In this document: piece by piece, positions 38,758 through 49,100 of the stretch
Layout: each line of letters begins with the position of its first letter
Numbering within the stretch: the first letter of the stretch is position 1
Assembly (NCBI GenBank): GCA_019912845.1
Contig: JAIOHU010000287.1
Span: 8,925-72,924, forward strand
Direction: 5' to 3'
Length of the DNA: 64,000 bases
Source of the DNA: a bacterium
GTDB taxonomy: Bacteria; Electryoneota; Electryoneia; Electryoneales; Electryoneaceae
The notes under the pieces: model-generated
The model's database searches: none
Told to the model about the DNA's origin: nothing
What the model saw: only the letters and a program-made list of their open reading frames with translations
Position numbers and translations under genes: made by a program

Positions 38758-41700
38758 ATGAAAACTCGAATCCTATCCTATTTGATTCTCGTATTGTTCT
38801 TCCTGATTCCATCTTCTGGTTTCGCACAGGATAGTCTTGGTATTTCACATGAAAGTATATCCTATTCTTTCTGGGATTATGCTACAGATGCTGCGATCTC
38901 TGGGAATTACGCTTACATCGGTACACGAGAGACCGGGATAAAAGTGGTTGATATCTCTGATATCGCTAATCCCTTTGAAGTTGCGCAGTGTCGTCTAGCT
39001 GGGAATGTGCAACAGGTTGCCATTTACGATGAATATCTTTTTGTGCCATGCGACTATGAGGGTATGTATATTATCGATGTGTCAGTCCCTGAAGACCCGG
39101 AAATTGTCTATCGCTACACACCTCGTCGAGCTTTTGAAGTTACTTTTTATGATCACTACGCATTTGTAACAGTTGTCAGTGATGGTTTCAGCATCCTGGA
39201 TATTACAAATCCTGCAGAACCAGAATTGGTAACCAATGTAAACCCTCCAAACGGTATGGTTAAACATTTAAAACTTACCGAGACCCACGCATTTGTAGGC
39301 AAAAACATTAGCGAAATGTTAATCTACAATATTGAAGATATTGAAAACCCTGTGCAGGTGGGAACAGCAGAACACAATAATACTATCGATGATATGGAAC
39401 TTGTTCAAGAGGACTACCTTTATGCCATCAGTGAGTATGGTCATCTGCAGATATTTAACATAAGTGATCCTGAGAACGTGGAAATGGCTGCTGTATTTGT
39501 AGATTATAACTACACTGAAATGACACAGGCATTCCCATATCTTTTCGTTCGCTCTGGTGATACCTCACAATATGTTCTTGATATTTCTGATCCTCTCAAT
39601 CCGGAAGAAGTTACCTTCCTGGGTAATTTGCCATGGCATCGTGTTGTGATTATTGATGATCAAAATGCAATCGCATGCTCTGGTGAGGATGGCATATTCA
39701 CACTGGATTATCAGAACATTGCAGAGATTGAGGAATTAGGAGTTTATGATACTGAAGGACGAGTATATGGAGTGTGTCTATGGGATCACTACGCTCTGCT
39801 TTCAGGAAAAGACTATGGACTTATGATTGTAGATGTATCAGAACCCTCTAATCCGGTAGAAGTTGGTCACTATCAATCCGAGGGCAGGATCATCAATGTC
39901 GAGGTTATGGATCATTACGCTTTACTCGCCAACCAGGAGCTCGGGCTTGAAATTATCGACATTATTGATCCTGCCAACCCACAATTAGTCAGCCAGTTTG
40001 AGAGCCAGGACGGATATCGCGCAGTTGCAGTGGATGGCAACCTGGTCTTTGTGTCGGGAGGGAATCGTCAAGGGTTGGATATTCTTGACTGTACTGATCC
40101 TGTGAACCCTGAATTACTCTCCAATACCTGGATCGGTTATGAATGCAGGGGAATAGATATACAGGGAAATTACGCTTATCTGGCAATGGCGTACGGTGCA
40201 GTTTCGATTGTTGACATAAGAGATCTGACAAATCCAGAGGTAATCGCAGCTTGGGGTGAAGATACTCATATAGAAGAAATCGTTGCTTACAATGATATTA
40301 TTTTCGCTGCAGAATGGAGCTATGGAGTGACGATGTTGGATGTTTCAGATCCCACAAGGATATTCGAAATTCATCATTTTGATACTGGAGGTAATGTTCG
40401 GGACGTCTTTATTGCCAATGATTTACTTTATGTCGCTTCTGAGGGAACTGGGTTGTATATAATTGACCCCAATGATCCAGATTTTGCTGTTGTTGGGTAT
40501 TATGAAACCATCAATCGTCTGATAACTGTTGTCGCTGATGGACGGTACGCTTACATGGGCGAAAAATTCAGTTTCCAGATTTTTGATTGTGGAGAAGCGG
40601 TTGGATATGATCTAATAGAACGAACGCCACATTATGAAGCTGTTCTTCCTACAAACCGACCCTATTCAATTATCATCAATAATGCAACTTGGAATGAATT
40701 ACCGCTCACCGAAGGAGATGAAATCGGCGTTTTTGATGGGAACCTTTGCGTTGGAGCTGCCATACATGAAGGTGACTTTCCATTGGAAATAACCGTGTGG
40801 GAAGAGAATGAAGCGGAAGGGCTGGGAGGGTTTACTGTCGGTAATGGAATCAGTTTTCTTGTTTGGCAAAGTGAGGCTGAGGCTGAATATCAGGTTGATG
40901 TTGACTGGATTGAGGGGGATGGTTTATTCGGATTTGATCCTCTAACCGTAGCGGAATTAACCCTTCACAATCAACCCCTCCTTCAAATAAACCTGCGTGG
41001 CAACTACCATAACCTGGTTTCCAGCTATCTTGTGCCGGATGAATTGGGGTTTGAAGAGGTATTCGGTGGGATTAATAACCTGCAAATCGTGTATGAGGAC
41101 GAAGGCGATATCTTTATTCCGGGTATTCCTACAGTTGGAGAAGTAGACAACAGAGAAGGTTACAAGATTTTCACATCTGAACCCTCTACATGGCACACCA
41201 CTGGTACACCTCTGGATCAGGGTATAGAATTCGAATTATTTGCAAATCGTTGGAACTGGCTAGGGTATCCCTTCGGAAATGAACGTCCTCTGGAAACAAC
41301 CCTCAGTGAGATTGAGGATCAGCTTGTTGCGCTTCTGACCGATGACGGTGGCATTTATATCAATAATCCTCCACAATTTGTAATCAACACAATTGGAAAT
41401 CTGGAAGCTGGAAAAGGGTATATGGTTTTTGTAAACGAGGATGTTTCTTTCGAGTATCTTTCTGATACCTGGCTTGAACGTACTCCCACAACACCGCAAA
41501 TAACCGATATTCCTATTGTCGAAGGTGCCCCTGAACCTACCGGATTACCCTATGTTGTTGTCATCTCGAACTATGAACATCTGGCTGATAAATCAACCAT
41601 TGTCGAGCTTTACGATGGTGAAATACTGGTCGGGAAAGGGCTGTTACTGGAGGATCAACCAGTCACACCAATCCTCGCCTGGCAGGGGGACAGCGAACAC

Positions 41701-42132
41701 AACATGATCGGATTTGAGCCTGGTAATCCGATTCACCTCAAGCTCCTGGCAGCCAATGGCGATGTACTGGTGGACCGTATAGTCGAGGGTGTGCAGTACG
41801 GCGACGCCCCTTATGCGCTGCTGGAATTATCAAATATACTTCCTGAACAGTCCGAAGACTTTTCCCTGCCGGGGCATTTTACAGTTCAAAATGCTTATCC
41901 CAATCCGTTCAACTCGACACTATCCATTCCATTTTCACTGCCCCATTCATCGCAGGTAACCATTCAGCTTTATAATGTCCTCGGGCAACTGCAATCTGAA
42001 GCAACCCAGCAGTTTGAAGCAGGAAAACACATCTACTCAATTCAAGGTGAGCAGCTTGTGAGTGGATTGTATTTTCTGAAAGTGGAAATGGAAGGGCAAA
42101 CATTTATGCAGAAAGTGGTGTTGCTCAAATAG
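38758..42132 (+). CDS. LVIVD-repeat beta-propeller surface protein with a C-terminal shared module and a T9SS sorting domain
   Basis: The signal peptide is MKTRILSYLILVLFFLIPSSGFAQ, with GGGGGA 7 nt upstream. At least 12 LVIVD-type repeats are present (VVDISDIANPFEV, IIDVSVPEDPEIV, ILDITNPAEPELV, IFNISDPENVEMA, VLDISDPLNPEEV, IVDVSEPSNPVEV, IIDIIDPANPQLV, ILDCTDPVNPELL, IVDIRDLTNPEVI, MLDVSDPTRIFEI and others). The C-terminus is ..AYPNPFNSTLSIPFSL..IQLYNVLGQL..SGLYFLKV..KVVLLK. Confidence 0.7.
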   Translation: MKTRILSYLILVLFFLIPSSGFAQDSLGISHESISYSFWDYATDAAISGNYAYIGTRETGIKVVDISDIANPFEVAQCRLAGNVQQVAIYDEYLFVPCDYEGMYIIDVSVPEDPEIVYRYTPRRAFEVTFYDHYAFVTVVSDGFSILDITNPAEPELVTNVNPPNGMVKHLKLTETHAFVGKNISEMLIYNIEDIENPVQVGTAEHNNTIDDMELVQEDYLYAISEYGHLQIFNISDPENVEMAAVFVDYNYTEMTQAFPYLFVRSGDTSQYVLDISDPLNPEEVTFLGNLPWHRVVIIDDQNAIACSGEDGIFTLDYQNIAEIEELGVYDTEGRVYGVCLWDHYALLSGKDYGLMIVDVSEPSNPVEVGHYQSEGRIINVEVMDHYALLANQELGLEIIDIIDPANPQLVSQFESQDGYRAVAVDGNLVFVSGGNRQGLDILDCTDPVNPELLSNTWIGYECRGIDIQGNYAYLAMAYGAVSIVDIRDLTNPEVIAAWGEDTHIEEIVAYNDIIFAAEWSYGVTMLDVSDPTRIFEIHHFDTGGNVRDVFIANDLLYVASEGTGLYIIDPNDPDFAVVGYYETINRLITVVADGRYAYMGEKFSFQIFDCGEAVGYDLIERTPHYEAVLPTNRPYSIIINNATWNELPLTEGDEIGVFDGNLCVGAAIHEGDFPLEITVWEENEAEGLGGFTVGNGISFLVWQSEAEAEYQVDVDWIEGDGLFGFDPLTVAELTLHNQPLLQINLRGNYHNLVSSYLVPDELGFEEVFGGINNLQIVYEDEGDIFIPGIPTVGEVDNREGYKIFTSEPSTWHTTGTPLDQGIEFELFANRWNWLGYPFGNERPLETTLSEIEDQLVALLTDDGGIYINNPPQFVINTIGNLEAGKGYMVFVNEDVSFEYLSDTWLERTPTTPQITDIPIVEGAPEPTGLPYVVVISNYEHLADKSTIVELYDGEILVGKGLLLEDQPVTPILAWQGDSEHNMIGFEPGNPIHLKLLAANGDVLVDRIVEGVQYGDAPYALLELSNILPEQSEDFSLPGHFTVQNAYPNPFNSTLSIPFSLPHSSQVTIQLYNVLGQLQSEATQQFEAGKHIYSIQGEQLVSGLYFLKVEMEGQTFMQKVVLLK

Positions 42133-42183
42133 AGAAATCAGTAAAAAGGCTGATCCTTGTGAGTTTTAACTGATGTTCCATTT

Positions 42184-42216
42184 CGCATGATCTTCGGATC
42201 ATGCGGAACTCTTTTT
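42184..42216 (+). terminator. Rho-independent terminator with a UUCG tetraloop
   Basis: CGCATGATC-TTCG-GATCATGCG is a 9-bp perfect stem. GAACTCTTTTTATAC follows. It lies 52 nt after the stop of the LVIVD gene. Confidence 0.6.
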
Positions 42217-42685
42217 ATACAGCACATTATCGTAAAAAATGAGAGTAAAGTTTAAAAAGAAAACGGGCGAGGTGGCATCATCCCTCGCCCGCTTCGGGAG
42301 ACCACTTCCGCCCAGGGAGGTAAGCGAAAGCGGATTGGTTTGATTCAGGGGTTTTTCTTTTTATGTCAATCCCAGCACTTTGCCGGGTAGGGGGATATCA
42401 TTCCACATATAATCCCCATGATAACTGTTAAACGATTGCTCTATTTTACAGTTCCCTATCTCTCCCCGTAATTTGAAAGTGACAGACTCTCGTCTCCTCT
42501 TTCAGCCATGAGTGAGATGTTGCTCCATAAAACCCCTGCAATCAAGTCAAAGAACATTCTACCTGTTACACACGGTAGATGATGGGCAAGTTCCCATCAG
42601 AGACTGGTATTCGTTTTAATCTCTGTATATAGCTTACTGGTAAATTCTGGAATGCAAGGTGAGGGGGGTCACATTTGGAAAAATT

Positions 42686-43579
42686 TTATTCAGTTGGCTC
42701 TGGAGTCTTCCATCGTCGATGCAGCCATAACCATTCATGAGGGTTTTTACGAATTTCTGCTTCGATTTTTCCTGTCAACATTGCTGTTAACTCAACAATA
42801 TCTTTTTCTCTGTCACCGGACGGTTCAACTTCTACATGCTCCAGTGCAATGTGAACCCTGCCATCGGGCAGACGGTGGTTCGCTATGAAGATGATGGGGG
42901 AGTTTAATTTTAGTGCCAGTACCGCTGCGCCACGGAAGGTCGACGCTTTCCTGCCGAAAAATGGTACAAATGCACCCGCGTCGCCACCATCCTGATCGAG
43001 CATGACCGCGAGGAAATTGTTGTCTCGAAGCGCACGTATGGCTTCGCGTGTTCCATTTTCCCGTTTCACAATCTTAACACCAAACACCTTACGGTGATCG
43101 TCAATCAACTCCTCAATTGCACTGTTGGACTGTTTCGCTACGATATAGGTAACCGGATACCCCTTTGCGGCTGTCCAGGCTCCCGCCCATTCCCAGGCAC
43201 CAAGATGCGCCACAACCGCGATACAGCCTTTCCCCATCTGATGAACTTTTTCGACGTTTTCCGCTCCCTCCATCACCACCCATTTATCGATTTCATCACG
43301 GAGCACAGGAAAACGTGCCACTTCGGCACCATGCATTCCCAGGTGACGATAGAGTTCTCGTACCACCGCCTGCGCCCAGCGTTCCGAACGTTCCGGGAAG
43401 GATTTGCGAATCTCTTCAACCGCATGACGTTTGCGTATTCCAACCAGATCATGGAAAATCACACCAATGATACCACCAACTTTCAGTGCAGTACGGTGCT
43501 CCAATCTTTGGAAAATCCGAATGAAAAAATTCGCGATTGCAACTTCAGCCTTTTCCTGTATTTTTGACTTTTTTGCCAT
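42686..43579 (-). CDS. Lipid A biosynthesis (lauroyl/myristoyl) acyltransferase-family protein (LpxL/HtrB-like, LABLAT)
   Basis: Family blocks ..WEWAGAWTAAKGYPVTYIVAKQSN.., ..IVKRENGTREAIRALRDNNFLAVMLDQDGG..GAFVPFFGRKASTFRGAAVLALKL.. are present, with ..EWLWLHRRWK at the C-terminus. Confidence 0.7.
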   Translation of the reverse strand: MAKKSKIQEKAEVAIANFFIRIFQRLEHRTALKVGGIIGVIFHDLVGIRKRHAVEEIRKSFPERSERWAQAVVRELYRHLGMHGAEVARFPVLRDEIDKWVVMEGAENVEKVHQMGKGCIAVVAHLGAWEWAGAWTAAKGYPVTYIVAKQSNSAIEELIDDHRKVFGVKIVKRENGTREAIRALRDNNFLAVMLDQDGGDAGAFVPFFGRKASTFRGAAVLALKLNSPIIFIANHRLPDGRVHIALEHVEVEPSGDREKDIVELTAMLTGKIEAEIRKNPHEWLWLHRRWKTPEPTE

Positions 43580-43583
43580 CTGC

Positions 43584-44732
43584 TCAGTTTGTTATTGATT
43601 TTGTAATAGTAATACCACGTTTGGCAAGTTCGTCAATCATATACCCGCAATCAACTTCCAGCTCCTGGTATAATACACCCCGTTTATTGATGTCTCCACG
43701 CAGAATACTTTGCAGGAAAATGATTCCGGGAAAAGCGGTGCATCGTTGCATGGAGGTCATACGTGAGGATTCGTCGTATTTGTCGTGCATTTCGTAAGTG
43801 ACGGTTTTTGATAAGCCACCCTTTTTACCAGCGACTGTAACACGCATGAGGGTTTCATCGGGCGCGTTCCAGGAGAGGGATTTTTGCAGCATGGTTTCAA
43901 AAAACTGCCTGGGATTGATTTTGCTGGTGCCGATTTTCACTGGCTTTTCGCTGTTGAATCCAATATCGAAGGCAAAACGGATGAGGTTGGCATGACCGGG
44001 ATATCGTATGGTCTTGCAGTCCAGGTTTTTGAGACGATCTCCAAATGTTTTCGGCAACGTAGACACACCACCTGAGGTATAAAACGCCTCAAATTCCCTG
44101 TTATCAAACTGAAGTGTTTCCAATCCGGTCATGGAAGGGTGAGTTTTAATTTCACCGTTTTCCATGACTACACTCTCTTCGAGATATTCGTTGGTCAATC
44201 CACGTACACTGAAAAGCAGGCTGTAGTTCAGTGGCGGCTCCGGTTTTAAAGGAAGCCCACCCACACGGATATTCGCGGTTACTGCCTCATCCAGTTCATT
44301 TACACCTCCAGCGACCAGAATGCCGGCAAGCCCGGGAGTCAACCCGGTATCCGGTACAATACTTACACCAGCATCAACCGTTTCTTTCTGGTAGCGGTGT
44401 TGCGTGTTCACGATATCGTGGTTGCCACCAAAATCAATCGTATGGCACCTGTTTTTAATTGCACTATTTAAGAAGTAAAGATTGAGAGAGTAATCAGCAG
44501 CCAATACTGCTCCATCAGCCTCTCGGAAAACACTGTCCACTTTGCTTTCATCATCGAATTTGAAACAACGTGTGCTCTTTTCGCCTAACCCGAGATATTC
44601 GGCGGCAGTGGTCAATGTTTCCTGATCTCCATCACAAAGGATGACCTCAAATCCCTGTTGCAAAGAGTCTCGTGCAGCCGCAACACCCTGCCTGCCGGAG
44701 CCTAAAATCGCGATTTTCTTTTTTGAACTCAT
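43584..44732 (-). CDS. Saccharopine dehydrogenase-family NAD(P)-binding protein
   Basis: The N-terminal Rossmann block is KKIAILGSGRQGVAAARD. The 382-aa length and a C-terminal Sacchrp_dh-like region fit the family. The substrate is unknown. It is separated by 4 nt from the acyltransferase gene, so the two are probably co-transcribed. Confidence 0.55.
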   Translation of the reverse strand: MSSKKKIAILGSGRQGVAAARDSLQQGFEVILCDGDQETLTTAAEYLGLGEKSTRCFKFDDESKVDSVFREADGAVLAADYSLNLYFLNSAIKNRCHTIDFGGNHDIVNTQHRYQKETVDAGVSIVPDTGLTPGLAGILVAGGVNELDEAVTANIRVGGLPLKPEPPLNYSLLFSVRGLTNEYLEESVVMENGEIKTHPSMTGLETLQFDNREFEAFYTSGGVSTLPKTFGDRLKNLDCKTIRYPGHANLIRFAFDIGFNSEKPVKIGTSKINPRQFFETMLQKSLSWNAPDETLMRVTVAGKKGGLSKTVTYEMHDKYDESSRMTSMQRCTAFPGIIFLQSILRGDINKRGVLYQELEVDCGYMIDELAKRGITITKSITN

Positions 44733-44870
44733 TGAACGATATCCCCATTCATCTCTAAGTGTGCTTCACAATTTTGATCTATACTGAATCCTGGAATTAT
44801 TGTCTTATGCTACTAAACAGCTAAATGTTAGTGTTGTTCGGATTTCCGCCTTCCAATCAGTCCCGAAATC

Positions 44871-44947
44871 AACAATAGTAATACCTTCCTGGATACCAGC
44901 TAACACCGCGCTGGCATGACGCACTCGGGCAATACTTTCGAAAAACG
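44871..44947 (+). repeat. Intergenic repeat element family A, copy 1 (hairpin TACCAGC-N9-GCTGGCA)
   Basis: CAATAGTAATACCTTCCTGGATACCAGCTAACACCGCGCTGGCATGACGCACTCGGGCAATACTTTCGAAAAACG. It ends exactly at the stop codon of the minus-strand lipoprotein gene. Confidence 0.5.
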
Positions 44948-44949
44948 AT

Positions 44950-45852
44950 TTATTCACGCGTCATGTAAAATCTGGCTTCCACTTTTGATACAGCTCCAAA
45001 AATCCCGAGACCGCCATGGATATTTGATTCCTGTTTTTCGGTTAATCCCTGACGCATCCTGAAGGATGAAAACAGGAAATCATAGTATTCTGGAGAAACC
45101 GCAAGTATACCAATCCGGTATTCTCCAATCCAACGAAACAAAAACCAGGGAATGGTGACAACCTGTTGATCCTCTCTAAATACAGAGTAGCCACCCCGGT
45201 TTGGATTATCAGGATTTGTATCACCGAATTCACCCACATCCCACTCTGGATCGAGTGGAATCAGCTCCGGCGAAAGAGACAAGACAAAATAGCTGTAACC
45301 GCCAGCATATTCCACCGGTTGCCAGCCAATTTTAATCTCCTCATGCCCAAGAGTTAAAAGCTCCGCTTCCAACTCCCAGAAGGGCTGAACTTCCACCGTA
45401 TCTGGAGCATTGTGCGGATTTAACCAGACAACGCTATCCATTTTACCGGGTACTGTTGTTTTAGCCCAGAGAGAATCAGTTCCTGTCACCGTTGTAAGCA
45501 ATAATTCCTGACCGGATTGTGGCGTGATGCCACCGCCGACCGGTATATACACTCCACTACTATCCGGGTGAGGGTGATCCTGAAATGCAAAAGAATCGAC
45601 GATAACGCCTTCCTCACAAGTGTACACATTAACATCCGCACCAGCTATTCCTTGCTGTGAGAAACTGTAATAAACATCGATAGAGGCAACTCTTTCGAGA
45701 TAGACTCTCTCCAATGGTTCGCCATTACAGGGAAAGGCACTCAAGACCAGTTGTGACTCATAGTCCTCCACCTCTGACGGTTGTGTGGAACAACCTCCCA
45801 GAATGAGGTGGAATAAAAAAATTGCAAATAGAATGAGTTGACTGGATTTCAA
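44950..45852 (-). CDS. Lipoprotein of unknown function (bracketed by two copies of repeat family A)
   Basis: The ORF track starts at TTG 45909. A more plausible start is TTG at codon 20 (45850-45852), preceded by AGGAA, which gives (M)KSSQLILFAIFLFHLILGGC, a signal peptide with a lipobox. No recognisable catalytic motifs are present. Confidence 0.4.
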   Translation of the reverse strand: MKSSQLILFAIFLFHLILGGCSTQPSEVEDYESQLVLSAFPCNGEPLERVYLERVASIDVYYSFSQQGIAGADVNVYTCEEGVIVDSFAFQDHPHPDSSGVYIPVGGGITPQSGQELLLTTVTGTDSLWAKTTVPGKMDSVVWLNPHNAPDTVEVQPFWELEAELLTLGHEEIKIGWQPVEYAGGYSYFVLSLSPELIPLDPEWDVGEFGDTNPDNPNRGGYSVFREDQQVVTIPWFLFRWIGEYRIGILAVSPEYYDFLFSSFRMRQGLTEKQESNIHGGLGIFGAVSKVEARFYMTRE

Positions 45853-45905
45853 GTTGTTCCTGTTGGTTTGTGAGGTATGTTGTTGTCGTTCTTCAATGGA
45901 ATATT

Positions 45906-45975
45906 TCAATACCTTCCTGGATACCAGCTAAGAGCATGCTGGTATGACGCAATCGGACTATACTATCGAGAAACG
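45906..45975 (+). repeat. Intergenic repeat element family A, copy 2 (hairpin TACCAGC-N9-GCTGGTA)
   Basis: TCAATACCTTCCTGGATACCAGCTAAGAGCATGCTGGTATGACGCAATCGGACTATACTATCGAGAAACG. It is in the same orientation as copy 1 and lies ~55 nt upstream of the lipoprotein gene. Confidence 0.5.
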
Positions 45976-46187
45976 CTATTTATTTGAGAAACACTGGAGT
46001 ATGAATAATACAATTCATTTCCTGAATCTTCAATGATTTCCTTGTTTCGGTTTTCTCGCTTCTTCCTTGTTTGATATCAGAAAAATACCCCCACAAAACA
46101 TCGTGGGGGTATTCATATTACTGAATATCACTGGTTCAATACAAACTCGAAAGATCGTATCGAGTGATATTTATGTACGAGACAACC

Positions 46188-49100
46188 TTACTTCAGCAGA
46201 GTAATCTTCTGAGTAAAGGTCTGACCGTTAAACTGCGTGGTCAGGAAGTACACACCAGAAACCAGTTCGGTACCAGAACGATTCGCATCGAATACGAAGC
46301 GGTGGAAGCCAGCCTGGAAATGCTGGGATGTATTGAATACCTGCTGACCGAGAACATTATACACTGCGAAGCTGACTTCACCGTTCATCGGAAGTGCAAA
46401 CGGAATGGTCACACTTGGGTTGAATGGATTCGGATAGCCCTGGTCGACCGCGAACTCTGTTGGAACTGGTGCGACATCGAGGTTCAACAGGGTGTATGCA
46501 CCCTTGCCGAACTCCGGTGCATCATCGTTCATATGAACGACTGGTAGCACAGTACCATCAGCCGCTTTGACCACAAAGCGCATTGAATTGCCACTGATGA
46601 AACCTTCGAGATTACGATCAGCATCACCCTGCCATGCAGTTACCGGTGTGTAATCGCGATCATCAAGGATAACACTCTTACCTACAAGAGTCTTGCCATC
46701 ATAAAGTTCGATGATTGCAGGGTTTAATTCCTGAAGATCATCGCTCATGCTGAGCACGACTGTGTAAGGAAGACCTGTTGCTTCTGGAGCACCTTCAACC
46801 GCTGGGATATCCCAGACATCATGCTTGGTGTTTCCTGCGGCAACAGCATCATTGTAAGTGAAGTCAACAGCTTCATTCACGAAGAACATGTACCCTTCAC
46901 CAGGGGTCATATCACCAATTGTGTTAATGTCAAACAGTGGTGGAATCCATACGCCACCATCATCAGTCTGCACAATTTCTACGAAATCACGAATGTGATT
47001 CAGTGCTTCAATTGTGTTGACATCATGGTTGAATGGATAGCCAACCCAGTTCCAACGATTCGGGACAGCATGATATTCGGTATCGGTTGGAATAGGATCA
47101 CCAACAAAGGTAACCATGGAGTTTGCATCACAGAATAGACGATAACCCTGATCCATGGAAATATCAACGATGGTATTGATGAACGGCGGAATTACAATGC
47201 CACCATCATTCTGATAAGCAATTGCGAGATCTGGAATACCACCAAAGATATCCATGGCATTCAGACTTTCTGGTTGAATGTAAGATGAAATTAATTCGAA
47301 ATAGTTACCCTGAAGCGGTATTTCGAGTTCATTATCAGGTTGAATTTCACCTTCACCCCTTACAGTCAATCTGGAGTACGGTGCATAACCAAAGGTACCA
47401 TCACCCTGGGTATATTCAGCTTCTGCATCCATGATTTCACCAGTTACACTATTCCAAATCTGGAAAGTCATAGTGTTGCCAGGTGTAAATCCTGGGAATG
47501 CAGGATCTTCGGACATTTCCCATGCGATAAGCGAACGTGGGTATTGACCATTCATAGCAGTCGCACCGACACAAAGATCACCATCATATACAGCAACACC
47601 GGAGCCGGCTGGTAGAGGATTGTCGCCCTCAAAAGCACCATCGAGAATCAGTGAGTAAGGCAGACCATTCGGATCTACCGGGTTAAAGATTCCACCAGCA
47701 CCATAAATAAGTGTTACCCATACTGTTGCAATTTCACCTTGATGATGATTTGGATCAATTTCGATCAGCGCTTCGTAAGAACCTTCTGCCATTTCAAGAT
47801 CGGTTACATCTGCGATCAAGTCGACATCCATTTCTTCACCGATAGGAATTAAACCATCACCCGGTTCAACTGTCAACCAGCCACCTTGACCAGCATAAAG
47901 GGTAGCGTAGGCAATTGTGTTACCAAGAATATCTGCATTTACCCAGTCAAGAATCCAGCCGATTTCCCACGTCATGGTTGATATGAGAATCGTACCACGT
48001 CCCATTTCCATTTCGACCAGGGTTGGCTGACCGAGAGAAGTGGTTGCAAGAATATTTGCATCTTCTGGAACATCATTGATGATATCATGTGAGTCAGAAC
48101 CACCAGTCCACTGCTCTGGAATGTTCATCATGATTCCATGTTCTGGCATATTGTTAAAACCAGTACCACTTGGCGCATAGGTATTGCTCATGCCCCAGAG
48201 GTTCCAGGTATATGCCTGTGTACATCCACCGAAGATAATCCAGCCACCATCATCCATGAAGTCGAGGAAACGTTCCTCATTATCTTGAACTGTATTCAGG
48301 AAGTTCTGACTTTGAACGTTCGTGAAGATGATACAAGAGTATTCACCGAGATCATGATTAGCCATCTGTCCTGAATTGATGATGTCATAAGGCACTTCCA
48401 TTGCATCAAGGAAGGCTTGGTGTGCAGGAGCACCCCAGGCATCAGTGTCTTGAATAATCAGGAAGTAAGGATCATCCAGCTCATTTGTATATGGAGCTGT
48501 TGGGATACTCGGATATGCGTTAATATCTGTGGATGGTGCATGATTGAAATCTACCGCACCTTTAGCCAGCGTACGATTAAGAATGTAATCACGCGCATTT
48601 TCACGCATCGTGTTAACTTCTTCTTCTTCAATGTAGACAACACTTGCATCCCAATCCATATCCAAGCCACCTGCGTTTCCGATGGTCAGAACATCTGAAT
48701 CTGTATCGCCTTCTTCCGGGATGACAAATATAAACTCATTCGGGTTCAGGGTAACAAACGGTGGAATATGATGGTCAATTTCGATATCCAGAGTCGTTGT
48801 CTCACCTTCGATGAGCGCAACTGTCATGATATCTGAGGCATAATAATCAGCAGCCGTTGCCTGTACATCCCAGTCACCTGTACCTAATGGATAGGCATAG
48901 TAACCATTTTCATCAGTTTCAACTTCAGCAACTGGTTCTTCCAGGTCACCCCAGATTGTTACCAGTGCACCTTCGACAGGATCGCCAGTTTCATTGTCAC
49001 TGACAACACCTTCCAGTGTACCTGGATCACCAATAAGGAAAGTTACCCAGACAGTTACAGGATCAAGTGTATCTGGCCATGCAACATTAAAGTCGATGGT

